Positions 47,312-55,892 of a stretch of 64,000 nt of DNA are shown here, piece by piece. The position numbers and the translations under genes are program-made. How positions within the stretch are numbered: the first letter of the stretch is position 1; every line of letters begins with the position of its first letter. The DNA comes from a virus: the IMG/VR virus record IMGVR_UViG_3300034066_002191; one strand, given 5' to 3'. The notes below the pieces were generated by a model that made no database searches, was not told the DNA's origin, and was given only the letters and a program-made list of their open reading frames with translations.

Positions 47312-48132
47312 ACTTCACAATTCGTAAAGTCTACTTGGCCGTTTCTAGTTGCCCAAATTGGATATTCTTTACCATAAGTATTCCAGATCCTAGCTTGTTC
47401 TGGTCCAACTGGAACTCCACTCATCCCAGCAGCATTCCAAATAGTTTCATAAGTATCATCCTCATGGAAAGTAAAATCATGTTCTTCAGACTTAATTTTC
47501 AATAAAAGAGAGAGGATCGATTGATCGTGTCTATGTTCTCTGAAAATCTCATTATTTGTCAATTTCGATGGACTATCATCTAGATATCTCCCATCATCTT
47601 TGACACAAATTGACATCCATTTTTCAACTAAATCTCGAATCATTTGAGTGTTTTTCAAAAAGAAAATTCCAGAAATTATTTGTTTTGTCATAAAATGTTC
47701 ATCGTCATCTCCCATAATATGACAATAAGTATCCATTTTTGTCCATTGAATTTCAGGTAAATTCAAAGTAAAAAACACTCCTTCAGTATCAATACATTCA
47801 TCATAATACTGATTCAATTTCACCAATCCATTTTTATTCAATTCACAACCAGAATCAACATACAATAGAATATCATTTTCTGGGATACTTTTTAGAGCCT
47901 CCAAAACAAAATAGGGTTTACATGCATAATATCCATAGTATCTCTGGTTTAATCCAGAACGAAGAGACATCATTGGTTTTATATGATTGTACCAAAAAGA
48001 ATTGTTCTCCAAGTCATCTTCCCCATATTCAAGTATTGACTTAAATATTCCAAAATTTTTTGCTTGATTTTTGATTCTCTTCTTTCCTATAGAAAAATTA
48101 TTATCCCCAAAATAAGTTAAGTGCAAATTCAT
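47308..48132 (-). CDS. Glycan-cluster protein of unknown function
   Basis: KPY, LLYVDSG, WTK.D, F.EHRHDQSILS. Confidence 0.6.
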   Translation of the reverse strand: MNLHLTYFGDNNFSIGKKRIKNQAKNFGIFKSILEYGEDDLENNSFWYNHIKPMMSLRSGLNQRYYGYYACKPYFVLEALKSIPENDILLYVDSGCELNKNGLVKLNQYYDECIDTEGVFFTLNLPEIQWTKMDTYCHIMGDDDEHFMTKQIISGIFFLKNTQMIRDLVEKWMSICVKDDGRYLDDSPSKLTNNEIFREHRHDQSILSLLLKIKSEEHDFTFHEDDTYETIWNAAGMSGVPVGPEQARIWNTYGKEYPIWATRNGQVDFTNCEV

Positions 48133-48195
48133 ATGGCAGTAATCACTGATTCATACGCATTATACCAAAAAAGAGGAGTTGTTGTCAACTCCTCC

Positions 48196-48617
48196 ATCAG
48201 GTCTGCCATGCACGCCACCAATTCTTTAACTGGAAATTGGAAACCAGGCGGGAGTAACCTCCACATCCGCACCAGTCGTCATATTTAATGTCCATACGAC
48301 GAGGACAATTTTGGGTCACAATTGGCTCCACCACTTAGTTTTGAGAAACTAAGAAAAGTTGTGCTAATTTACTCAATTCAATCATACTAAAGAAAACACA
48401 TAATAACAACATATCCCATAATCTAAATTTAATTACAAAAGGAACAATAAGTAGTCCCCCAATAAACTTCAATAATAGACCACTTTTGAAATCTCCCCAT
48501 AACATAATTTGATAACCAATAATGAGAAAAAGATTTCCAAGGTACCTAAGAACACTAGTTTTAGACATAAGGGAAGCACTCCGACCAGGGCAAGTTTTAA
48601 GTCATTCCGAGACTATT
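48196..48617 (-). ncRNA. manA-like structured RNA, apparently interrupted by an ORF
   Basis: 5' AGUCUCGGAAUGACU...CCCUGGUCGG block and two UUUC..UUUC..AAA..UGGYG pseudoknot modules upstream of the mannose/fucose genes; family recognised from memory. Confidence 0.55.
48335..48568 (-). CDS. Small multi-TM membrane protein
   Basis: 77 aa, three hydrophobic segments; stop lies within the structured RNA module. Confidence 0.6.
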   Translation of the reverse strand: MSKTSVLRYLGNLFLIIGYQIMLWGDFKSGLLLKFIGGLLIVPFVIKFRLWDMLLLCVFFSMIELSKLAQLFLVSQN

Positions 48618-48619
48618 TA

Positions 48620-48843
48620 CTATGCAGGAACATCGACTTGAAGATCTTCACAAAGAAGGCTCAAAATTAACTCATAATCAGCTTCCGATTCCTGATAAAA
48701 CTGAATTCCTTGCTCTTCATAAAACTTTTTAACTTTCTTGAAGAGTTTTGGTTGATCATATTCTAGATCAATTTCTCGGTTTGCGGCACGAGTAAGAGTA
48801 TAAATTGATTTGCGAAACTTTGAATTGAAAGGATGATTAGACA
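48620..48843 (-). CDS. Conserved cyanophage hypothetical protein
   Basis: MSNHPFNSKFRKSI..L..A...EIDL....PKL.KKV..FY. Confidence 0.55.
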
Positions 48844-48917
48844 TTAGTTGAATTTGATTCGTTCCTATTATAAGATAGAATTGGTGGGATGTCAAGAGAA
48901 AATCAGATTAACAAATC

Positions 48918-49130
48918 TTATGATGCTTCCTCATGATCCGTATGAATTCTGATAAGATCGTCATCAGAACAAGTTCCACCAAATACTTCTACCATTTCAT
49001 TATATGGAACCATAATTGCATTTCCATGCTCACTTGTTATAATTAATGATTCACCATTTTCTACTCTTTCCATCAAATAGTCAAAATCAGATTGAAATTC
49101 TTCTACTGTAAATGATTGAAGTTCTGCCAT
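48918..49130 (-). CDS. Phd/YefM antitoxin-like protein
   Basis: FTVEEFQSDFDYLMERVENGESLIIT..HGNAIMVP pattern. Confidence 0.65.
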   Translation of the reverse strand: MAELQSFTVEEFQSDFDYLMERVENGESLIITSEHGNAIMVPYNEMVEVFGGTCSDDDLIRIHTDHEEAS

Positions 49131-49174
49131 TTTTATGAAATTAAATTTACACAGATTAGGTAACAAATTCCTAA

Positions 49175-49250
49175 TCCGGATACTCAGATTTGAACTGAGA
49201 TTATTCCTGCTCCCAAAGCAGGTGCCATGACCAAGTTAGGCGATATCCGG
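49175..49250 (-). tRNA. tRNA-Pro (UGG)
   Basis: Cloverleaf; CCTGC-TTTGGGA-GCAGG; TTCAAAT T-loop. Confidence 0.9.
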
Positions 49251-49709
49251 GAATTTAAGCTATTTATTATTTGAGTGTATGAACATAATACCAAAGATAG
49301 GAACCATTGTCAAGAGAAAACAAAGAGTTCCTAAAAATAGACTATTGTTTAATAGTGTTCCAATCAGATGTCCCATTCTTCTTTTTCGTCTTCATAAGTA
49401 CATGGTTCTTCAAAGAGTTCAATCATTTTTTGCTGTAGAACTCTGTGTTGCAATTTTTCTATATCTTCTTCTGTTAATTTAATCACTTATATTTGCCTTC
49501 TCCTCCAAGAAATTTTTCTAGTGGATCTTTTCTTGTTTTTGATATTTCCACGGCTCTTTTATAAAACATATTATCTGTATTACCAGAAGCTTCGAATGTG
49601 GCTTTTATTTTTAACCAATTTTCGTATGTCCGTTGATCCATTAGAATATATCATATTATCACTAATTATAATTGGTAAATTCTCAGTGTCAACCATATGT
49701 CACGAAATC

Positions 49710-50081
49710 TTAATAACCGTGATTGGTAATAGTTTTCGTGTACTTCCTTAAAATCTCTCCGGCTCTAGAATTTGCTTCATTTTCGCATTCACTTCCGGTT
49801 TCTCCGCTCATTTCTTTTCCACTTTGTTTTTGATGATAATGTACAAGTTCATGCGCAAGAGTCCTATAGACATCTAATGGATGTCTCTGTGAAGTCTGAA
49901 TTTTGATTTCGTCCGTGCCAAGATTAAAACAACCAAAAGTCTTATTGTCAATAGAGAACTTGGGGTCATCTATTACAATAACTTTTGGTAAAGTAGATAA
50001 CCCAAGTTCATCCTTGACAAAATTCATAAAATCTTTAACCTGAACTTTTTTTGATTCAGTAAGAAACTCTTTAAATCTCAT
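49710..50081 (-). CDS. HExxH zinc-metallopeptidase-like protein with an internal-protein-like N-terminus
   Basis: MRFKEFLTE..., RTLAHELVH, ENEAN; CATAAATA late promoter upstream. Confidence 0.65.
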   Translation of the reverse strand: MRFKEFLTESKKVQVKDFMNFVKDELGLSTLPKVIVIDDPKFSIDNKTFGCFNLGTDEIKIQTSQRHPLDVYRTLAHELVHYHQKQSGKEMSGETGSECENEANSRAGEILRKYTKTITNHGY

Positions 50082-50103
50082 GAGTTTTTTATGTATTTAT
50101 GAA

Positions 50104-50185
50104 CGGAGAATAATAGAATCGAACTATCAGGTGTTATCCCGGCATCGTTTTCAAGACGATTTACCGACCATCGGTGCTATTCTCC
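50104..50185 (-). tRNA. tRNA-Ser (UGA)
   Basis: ATCGT-CTTGAAA-ACGAT, long variable arm, G73. Confidence 0.88.
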
Positions 50186-50198
50186 ACATGTATGGGCA

Positions 50199-50450
50199 TT
50201 ACTTAACTTCAAAATCCAATCTACGAATTTTTCTTTGCCTTCTGGCCTCTTGCCACATAATATCTTCATTTGTCAAGACTCTAGTAGATTCTTTTTGATT
50301 ATAAGAATTCAACATTACTATCCTAGACAGATCTACTGCTGATATTTTATCGCCTTTGATGGTTGCCATATTTGAGCACCCACAAGATCTCGATTGCCCT
50401 GGATGTTCTGTCACCTCAGTATTGCATTCTTTGCATCTTATTTTTAACAT
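50199..50450 (-). CDS. Small Cys-rich (Zn-ribbon) hypothetical protein
   Basis: CKEC...CGC.N. Confidence 0.6.
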   Translation of the reverse strand: MLKIRCKECNTEVTEHPGQSRSCGCSNMATIKGDKISAVDLSRIVMLNSYNQKESTRVLTNEDIMWQEARRQRKIRRLDFEVK

Positions 50451-50544
50451 TTTGATTCATTATGAATTTATTTGATTTTATTATTTATCATTAAAAACTC
50501 ACCTTCTTATGGGGAAGGTGAGTGAAAAATGCTGTTAAGGATCA

Positions 50545-50615
50545 AGCGGGCAACGAGGATCGAACTCGTGACTGGAGCTTGGAAGGCTCAGATGTTACCG
50601 CTACACCATGCCCGC
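50545..50615 (-). tRNA. tRNA-Gly (UCC)
   Basis: GCGGGCA acceptor, CTTCCAA loop, U73. Confidence 0.92.
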
Positions 50616-50880
50616 AGTAATAAGGGAATTATACCCTATTTATGATTTTATGTCAAGGGTTCTTGTGTACTACTTCAAGATCAACACCAATAGCACGAAG
50701 CCAAGTATTTACATTTTCCATAAGAAATTCATCATCTGGATTTTCAAAGTTAATACGAATATCACGAATTGTGTCATGATTATCATTCCTAGAGGAATAA
50801 CTAAGATCATAAGAAACATTCAAAACTTGTTTTTTGGCCATAATTATTCAAAATACAATAAAGAGATAATTAATATCTCA

Positions 50881-50960
50881 TACTCGAAACAGGAATCGAA
50901 CCTGCAAGCCGAAGCGGTTGATTTTGAGTCAACTGTGTATACCAATTCCACCATTCGAGC
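50881..50960 (-). tRNA. tRNA-Leu (CAA)
   Basis: GTTGA-CTCAAAA-TCAAC, variable arm present. Confidence 0.9.
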
Positions 50961-51037
50961 TGGCGTCTCAGGTTGGATTCGAACCAACGGCTAACCGCTT
51001 AGAAGGCGGATACTCTATTCCACTGAGTTACTGAGAC
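50961..51037 (-). tRNA. tRNA-Arg (UCU), CCA encoded
   Basis: CCGC-CTTCTAA-GCGG; ends GCCA, abutting tRNA-Leu. Confidence 0.92.
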
Positions 51038-51075
51038 ATAAGACAATCATAAGACATTCATCTTAGATTGTCAAG

Positions 51076-51149
51076 TGGAAACACTGGGGATTGAACCCAG
51101 AACCTCACGCTTATAAGGCGTGTGCTCTAACCAGTTGAGCTATGTTTCC
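51076..51149 (-). tRNA. tRNA-Ile (UAU)
   Basis: CACGC-CTTATAA-GCGTG. Confidence 0.88.
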
Positions 51150-51187
51150 GATAGGGTAATTATACCATATAAAAGATGAAATGTCAA

Positions 51188-51262
51188 TACCCGTGGTGGG
51201 ACTCGAACCCACACTGTATAGATTTTAAGTCTACTGTCTGCTGCCAATTGGACTACACGGGC
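51188..51262 (-). tRNA. tRNA-Leu (UAA), short variable loop
   Basis: GTAGA-CTTAAAA-TCTAT, 5-nt variable region, A73. Confidence 0.85.
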
Positions 51263-51319
51263 ATAAACTGAATTTAATGAACTTAAATCCCTTGGACCAA
51301 CAAGACAACTATACCACAT

Positions 51320-51715
51320 TCAAGGGCAGTTGTCAACCCACGGAGCACAAATTCGGATTTCTCCTCCCAGTGCTCGACACTCATCAGTATAGCACACAGA
51401 GGTGTCTACTGGTTTTTCTGAGCGCCTTGGTTCTGATATTATAACAGATCCATCGTCACCTGTCAAGCGTTCATACTCACGAATTGCCTTGTCTACAGTC
51501 CGCTCCACATCTCGTTCTACTATACCATGATCTTTTTGTAGTTCCGGTATTAGTGAGGAATCTGGTTGATATGTTTGCAGATATTCGTAAACAATGTCCC
51601 AAATATGTTTTTGATCTATCTTTAAGCACGAGGAAAGAGATGCTATTATTAAAGATAGGACTACAATAGTTTTAATAGGTGCTTTCTTTTTACCAAAATG
51701 AAATTTAACTTTCAT
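51320..51715 (-). CDS. Hypothetical exported/lipoprotein-like protein
   Basis: Basic-hydrophobic N-terminus ending LSSC; Cys-rich C-terminus. Confidence 0.55.
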   Translation of the reverse strand: MKVKFHFGKKKAPIKTIVVLSLIIASLSSCLKIDQKHIWDIVYEYLQTYQPDSSLIPELQKDHGIVERDVERTVDKAIREYERLTGDDGSVIISEPRRSEKPVDTSVCYTDECRALGGEIRICAPWVDNCP

Positions 51716-51757
51716 AAGAAAAGGGGAGCATCAGTCCCCTTTATTTATTCTGTTGTA

Positions 51758-52426
51758 TTAAACTTCTACCATGATTAGTCGGTTAGCATACTCATGTGCA
51801 TAAGATGTGCGAGCACCATGATGTCCCCAACCAATCCAACTATACGCATAGTCCATGTAACGATTGATAGACTTACCAGGAGTTTTCATCCTGTCCTCAA
51901 TTCGTTGCCATTGAACTTCAGTCGTTAGATAACGAAGTTGCGTGTGAAGTGATGATGGAGAACCACCATACCTCTTAGCAAAATCACCCAATCCATAATA
52001 ACGATCGGCAGATGTCCATTGAATCAGTCCGTAACCACGACCGCAGTTACCCCAACTAGTTCTGCTACCACCTTCACATATATTAGGCACAAATGTTGAT
52101 TCCTGCATAATATTGCCCATGATGGTAGCAAGGGCGTTTCTGTCTTTAACACCACGATCCTGGAAAAATGCCAGGGTAGCATTCTCATGTTCATTACACC
52201 CTTTACAAATTAGCCTTGTCTGTTTTGGCTTTGGTGCTGCAACCTCTCGGATTGCTGTCTTCCTTTCATCTACAAGATCAAACTCTTTGATAATAACAAA
52301 TGGTTTGGTTGTTGGTTCAACTGGGGGAGGAGGTCCCTGCATCTTGTAGTTGACGAATGGCAGTGATGCCGTACTGGTTGTAACCGCTGCCAAGATGGGC
52401 ATGGCTACTGTAAAGAAATTTTGCAT
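51758..52426 (-). CDS. Signal-peptide-bearing phage tail lysozyme-like protein (Phage_lysozyme2)
   Basis: ATIMGNIMQES.F.PN..E, GYGLIQWT...R, QL.YL. Confidence 0.8.
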   Translation of the reverse strand: MQNFFTVAMPILAAVTTSTASLPFVNYKMQGPPPPVEPTTKPFVIIKEFDLVDERKTAIREVAAPKPKQTRLICKGCNEHENATLAFFQDRGVKDRNALATIMGNIMQESTFVPNICEGGSRTSWGNCGRGYGLIQWTSADRYYGLGDFAKRYGGSPSSLHTQLRYLTTEVQWQRIEDRMKTPGKSINRYMDYAYSWIGWGHHGARTSYAHEYANRLIMVEV

Positions 52427-52558
52427 TAAAATTAATTGAACTCTACATCCGTATAGGCAAAGGAGAAGTTCCCTCTTCTCAGAGGGCAGCGCCCACGGCT
52501 CTAATTGTCACGATCAAAGTCTCATAATAAAAAACCCTGCTCATAACAGGGATTTTAC

Positions 52559-52587
52559 ATTATAAGTGAATATTTAGGATTTGTCAA
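52559..52587 (-). promoter_or_regulatory. Sigma70 promoter with embedded CTAAATA
   Basis: TTGACA-N17-TATAAT. Confidence 0.75.
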
Positions 52588-52817
52588 TCAAGAGTCATGA
52601 TTTCGATATCATCATCTAAATCAGAAGTAAGCCACTCAGAAAATTCTTCTTCCAGTGCAATGGCATTTTCAATTTGGTTTTTCTTTGTCAATTTAGAAAA
52701 CCTATCGATACTCCAATCACGAATATCGAGAATCAGGTTTTCCATTGAGGTTTGGTCGTCAGTCATAAATACTTGTTGATTCCAAATCATAGTAAACCAT
52801 AGTGGTAGGTCTGTCAA

Positions 52818-53234
52818 GTGTGGAATATAAAAGGAAAAGTGATCGATGAAGTGCCGGATGGCATGGAAGGATTTGTATATCTTATTACAAATCTGGAAAA
52901 TGGAAAAAAATATGTCGGAAAAAAAACTTTTTGGGAAAGAAGAAAAGACAGAAAAACCGGAAGAAGAAAAAAGAAAGAAGGTAATTGGAAAAATTACTTT
53001 GGATCTTGTGATGAATTGATTGCTGATGTGAAATTATTGGGGGAAGACAAATTTCTCCGCGAGATATTATATCTCTGTCCACATAAAAAATCCATGAGTT
53101 TCTATGAAACCATGGAACAGTTTAAAAGAGATGTAATTTTAAGAGAAGATTATTACAATACCAATGTAGAAGGTAAATTCTTTAGTTCAGAAAAAGACAA
53201 CATCTATGGTATCGTAATTAAATCTGAAGACTAA
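52818..53234 (+). CDS. Short GIY-YIG-like nuclease-domain protein conserved in T4-like phages
   Basis: GFVYLITN..NGKKYVGKK, W.NYFGS, F.REIL, YYN. Confidence 0.75.
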   Translation: MWNIKGKVIDEVPDGMEGFVYLITNLENGKKYVGKKTFWERRKDRKTGRRKKKEGNWKNYFGSCDELIADVKLLGEDKFLREILYLCPHKKSMSFYETMEQFKRDVILREDYYNTNVEGKFFSSEKDNIYGIVIKSED

Positions 53235-53260
53235 AAAAGGGAGCTAGATGCTCCCTTTTG
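53234..53260. terminator. Bidirectional intrinsic terminator
   Basis: AAAAA-GGGAGC-tagat-GCTCCC-TTTT between convergent genes. Confidence 0.8.
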
Positions 53261-53268
53261 GCTTATGA

Positions 53269-54609
53269 TCAGCCTTCTAGATACATTTCAGTGAGTTCTA
53301 AAATTGACTCTTCTGAGAGATTTTCTAGAATTTCAAATGCATCTTCATAAGTATCAGCATAACCTTCATTAATAAAATCTTCTAGAATATATTGTGCTAG
53401 GAGTTCAAAATCAACTGATTCTCTTTGTGTTTCGGAATATCCAGCTCCTTTCAAATTAAGAGGCAATTGTCTTTTGCCGCTACCGCCTTTTGATTTTCTG
53501 GCAGCTCCAAATTTTCTTTGACCACCAGAAGGAACTTTTACATCAGCACCAGCACTTTTTCCTGCAACTGGTTTGGTAAATAAAGTGGTTTGACCAGACT
53601 TTTCAGTTGGATATCTTCTTTCAGAAGAAGCTGGAGTAGCAGAATCAACTGCTCTCTGTCTCATGCCAGTTGAAGCCTTTCTTTCTGCAGAAGCTCGTTC
53701 ACGAGCAGCAAATGAAGCGGGAGTTCTTGTCACAGAAGGTGTAGATCTACCGGAAGAGGTAGAACTGAATGGATCGCCAACTGCCTGTCTGGCAGCATCT
53801 GCTCTACGAGCATTATTTGCAGCAAGATCTGCTCTACTCATAGGTTTAGTTTCTCCAGAGCCCCTACCAGCTCTACCTACCATAGCTCCTGCCTTACGGA
53901 GAAGTCTACCAATAGTTTTACGCTTAGAGCCAGTTTTGCTAGCGGCTTCTATTCCGGCTGTTCTGGCTTTACTACGCGCCAAAACAGAAGACCCACCATA
54001 ACTAGCTCCAGCTGCGGAGGTTTGTGCTTTCTTTTGGGCTCCCTCACCAGATTTTTCAATTTTTTGTCCAGCAGCAGTGGCACCTTTACGAACGAGACCC
54101 TTCAGAGCAGCCATAGCTCTACCAGGAAGACCCTTAGCACGCTCATAAGCACCAGCAGCAGCTTGTTTGCCAGCTCTCATGGCACCCATAGCAGCAGATC
54201 CAGCACCAGTTGCCGCACCCTGCACTGCCTTACCTGCTGATCTGAGAGCACCAGTTACAGCAGCTTTTCTTGCTTCTTTTCTTGCTTGTGACTTTTCTCC
54301 AGAAACTTGCTGTAGAGTTGCTTGTCTTTCTGCTTTTCTTTGTGCCATCCTTTGAGGAGACATTCTAACGGCTTCAAATAGAGCCTCTTCTAGAATCACA
54401 TCATCAGAAAATACACTCTCAATTAAATTATAAGACTCATCAAGAGTATTACCATAATCCATAAACTCCCAAAGAAGAGATTCCATGACCTCTTCAATTT
54501 CCTCTTGCATGAGATAGTCTACGAATCTAAGATTCTCATAGAATGTCTCATCAGCTTTTCTTGGGTTGTATAGGTTACCGTAAGCTTCGGTTAAATAGTA
54601 TTTCGACAT
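53269..54609 (-). CDS. Late-expressed low-complexity protein, putative internal head/core protein
   Basis: Acidic ends, Ala/Gly/Lys/Arg-rich middle; TATAAATA at 54641-54648. Confidence 0.55.
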   Translation of the reverse strand: MSKYYLTEAYGNLYNPRKADETFYENLRFVDYLMQEEIEEVMESLLWEFMDYGNTLDESYNLIESVFSDDVILEEALFEAVRMSPQRMAQRKAERQATLQQVSGEKSQARKEARKAAVTGALRSAGKAVQGAATGAGSAAMGAMRAGKQAAAGAYERAKGLPGRAMAALKGLVRKGATAAGQKIEKSGEGAQKKAQTSAAGASYGGSSVLARSKARTAGIEAASKTGSKRKTIGRLLRKAGAMVGRAGRGSGETKPMSRADLAANNARRADAARQAVGDPFSSTSSGRSTPSVTRTPASFAARERASAERKASTGMRQRAVDSATPASSERRYPTEKSGQTTLFTKPVAGKSAGADVKVPSGGQRKFGAARKSKGGSGKRQLPLNLKGAGYSETQRESVDFELLAQYILEDFINEGYADTYEDAFEILENLSEESILELTEMYLEG

Positions 54610-54676
54610 TTGTATAAAAAAATTCTTATTTGTCTTTATGTATTTATAAAAAAAGGGAGCTTATGCTCCCTTAAAA

Positions 54677-55870
54677 TTAAAGTTTAAATCCGCTAAAAGT
54701 ATCAGTTTTCATATCTTGTTTGATGCCACCAATTAAGTATTGCTCTGCTTCCACTTCTTGTGGGGCCACTTGAAGACCTTTAGACTCAATCCAATGGGAA
54801 GTCCAAGGAAGTGGATTATTATTTGCAGCAATATTGTATTGTGGTTTTAATCCTATTGATTTCAATCTACGATTCGCAATCCATTCAACATATTGCTGGA
54901 GAAGTTTATCATTAAGTCCAATCATGCTACCATCTTTAAACAGATAATCTGCCCATTTCTTTTCTTCGTTTACTGCACGGTCAAACATTTTATAGACCCA
55001 TGCCTCTTCTTCTTTAGCAATTTGCTTCATTTCCGGATCATCGCCATCACGCCATTTGTTTAATATATTTTGAGTAATAACTAGATGTTGATTTTCGTCT
55101 CTGGCAATTAAAGAGATGATCTTTGCTGATCCTTCCATGAGCTTAAGTTCGCCGAATGCGAAACTACAAGCAAAACTAACGTAGAACCTAATACCTTCAA
55201 GAATGTTAACATTTGCGATTGCTCTATAGAGTTTTCTCTTAACATCGTTGAGTGTTTCCTTTGCGTATGTGACTCCCTCAAGATTATGCATCCAAGTATC
55301 GGATACACCATATTGTTGTGCGGATTGAATAAAGTCATCATAAGATTCTGTAACGCTCTTAGCACGCTCTAGAATGCGATCATCAGTAATGATAGTATCA
55401 AACACCTCAGATGGATCAGAATAAACATTTTTGATAATGTAAGTATATGAGCGACTATGAATCATTTCCATGAACCCCCACACTTCCATACATGCTTCCA
55501 GTTCAGGAAGTGAGCAATATGGAATAAATGCCATACCAGGGCCTCGACCTTGGATGGAATCAAGCATAATTTGATATTTCAAATTAGAAGTAAAAATATG
55601 CTTTTGTTCTGGCCTTAAAGTTTGATAATCTCCACGATCTTTTTGTAGTGAAACTTCTTCTGGTCTCCAGAAATAACTCAACTGCTGTTGAGTCAGTTTA
55701 TCAAAAATTGGATACTTGTACGAATCGTACCTCTGGACTCCCAGTGGCTTACCAAAAAACATTGGTTGTTTCTTGGTATTAACTTGTTCGGTGTTAAAGA
55801 CTGTCATTCCTTTAATTTTCGTTTGAGTATCTTCAGTAGAAGAAATTTTAAATTGCATGTTAGTCCCCAT
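54677..55870 (-). CDS. nrdB: Ribonucleotide reductase class Ia beta subunit
   Basis: FWRPEEV, EMIHSRSY, LEGIRFYVSF, RDENQH, APQE. Confidence 0.96.
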   Translation of the reverse strand: MGTNMQFKISSTEDTQTKIKGMTVFNTEQVNTKKQPMFFGKPLGVQRYDSYKYPIFDKLTQQQLSYFWRPEEVSLQKDRGDYQTLRPEQKHIFTSNLKYQIMLDSIQGRGPGMAFIPYCSLPELEACMEVWGFMEMIHSRSYTYIIKNVYSDPSEVFDTIITDDRILERAKSVTESYDDFIQSAQQYGVSDTWMHNLEGVTYAKETLNDVKRKLYRAIANVNILEGIRFYVSFACSFAFGELKLMEGSAKIISLIARDENQHLVITQNILNKWRDGDDPEMKQIAKEEEAWVYKMFDRAVNEEKKWADYLFKDGSMIGLNDKLLQQYVEWIANRRLKSIGLKPQYNIAANNNPLPWTSHWIESKGLQVAPQEVEAEQYLIGGIKQDMKTDTFSGFKL

Positions 55871-55892
55871 TCACATTGAATATTTAAGCAAA

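Noticed and set aside
50608-50994. 128-aa plus-strand ORF
   Set aside because: Antisense to tRNA genes and a small minus-strand ORF
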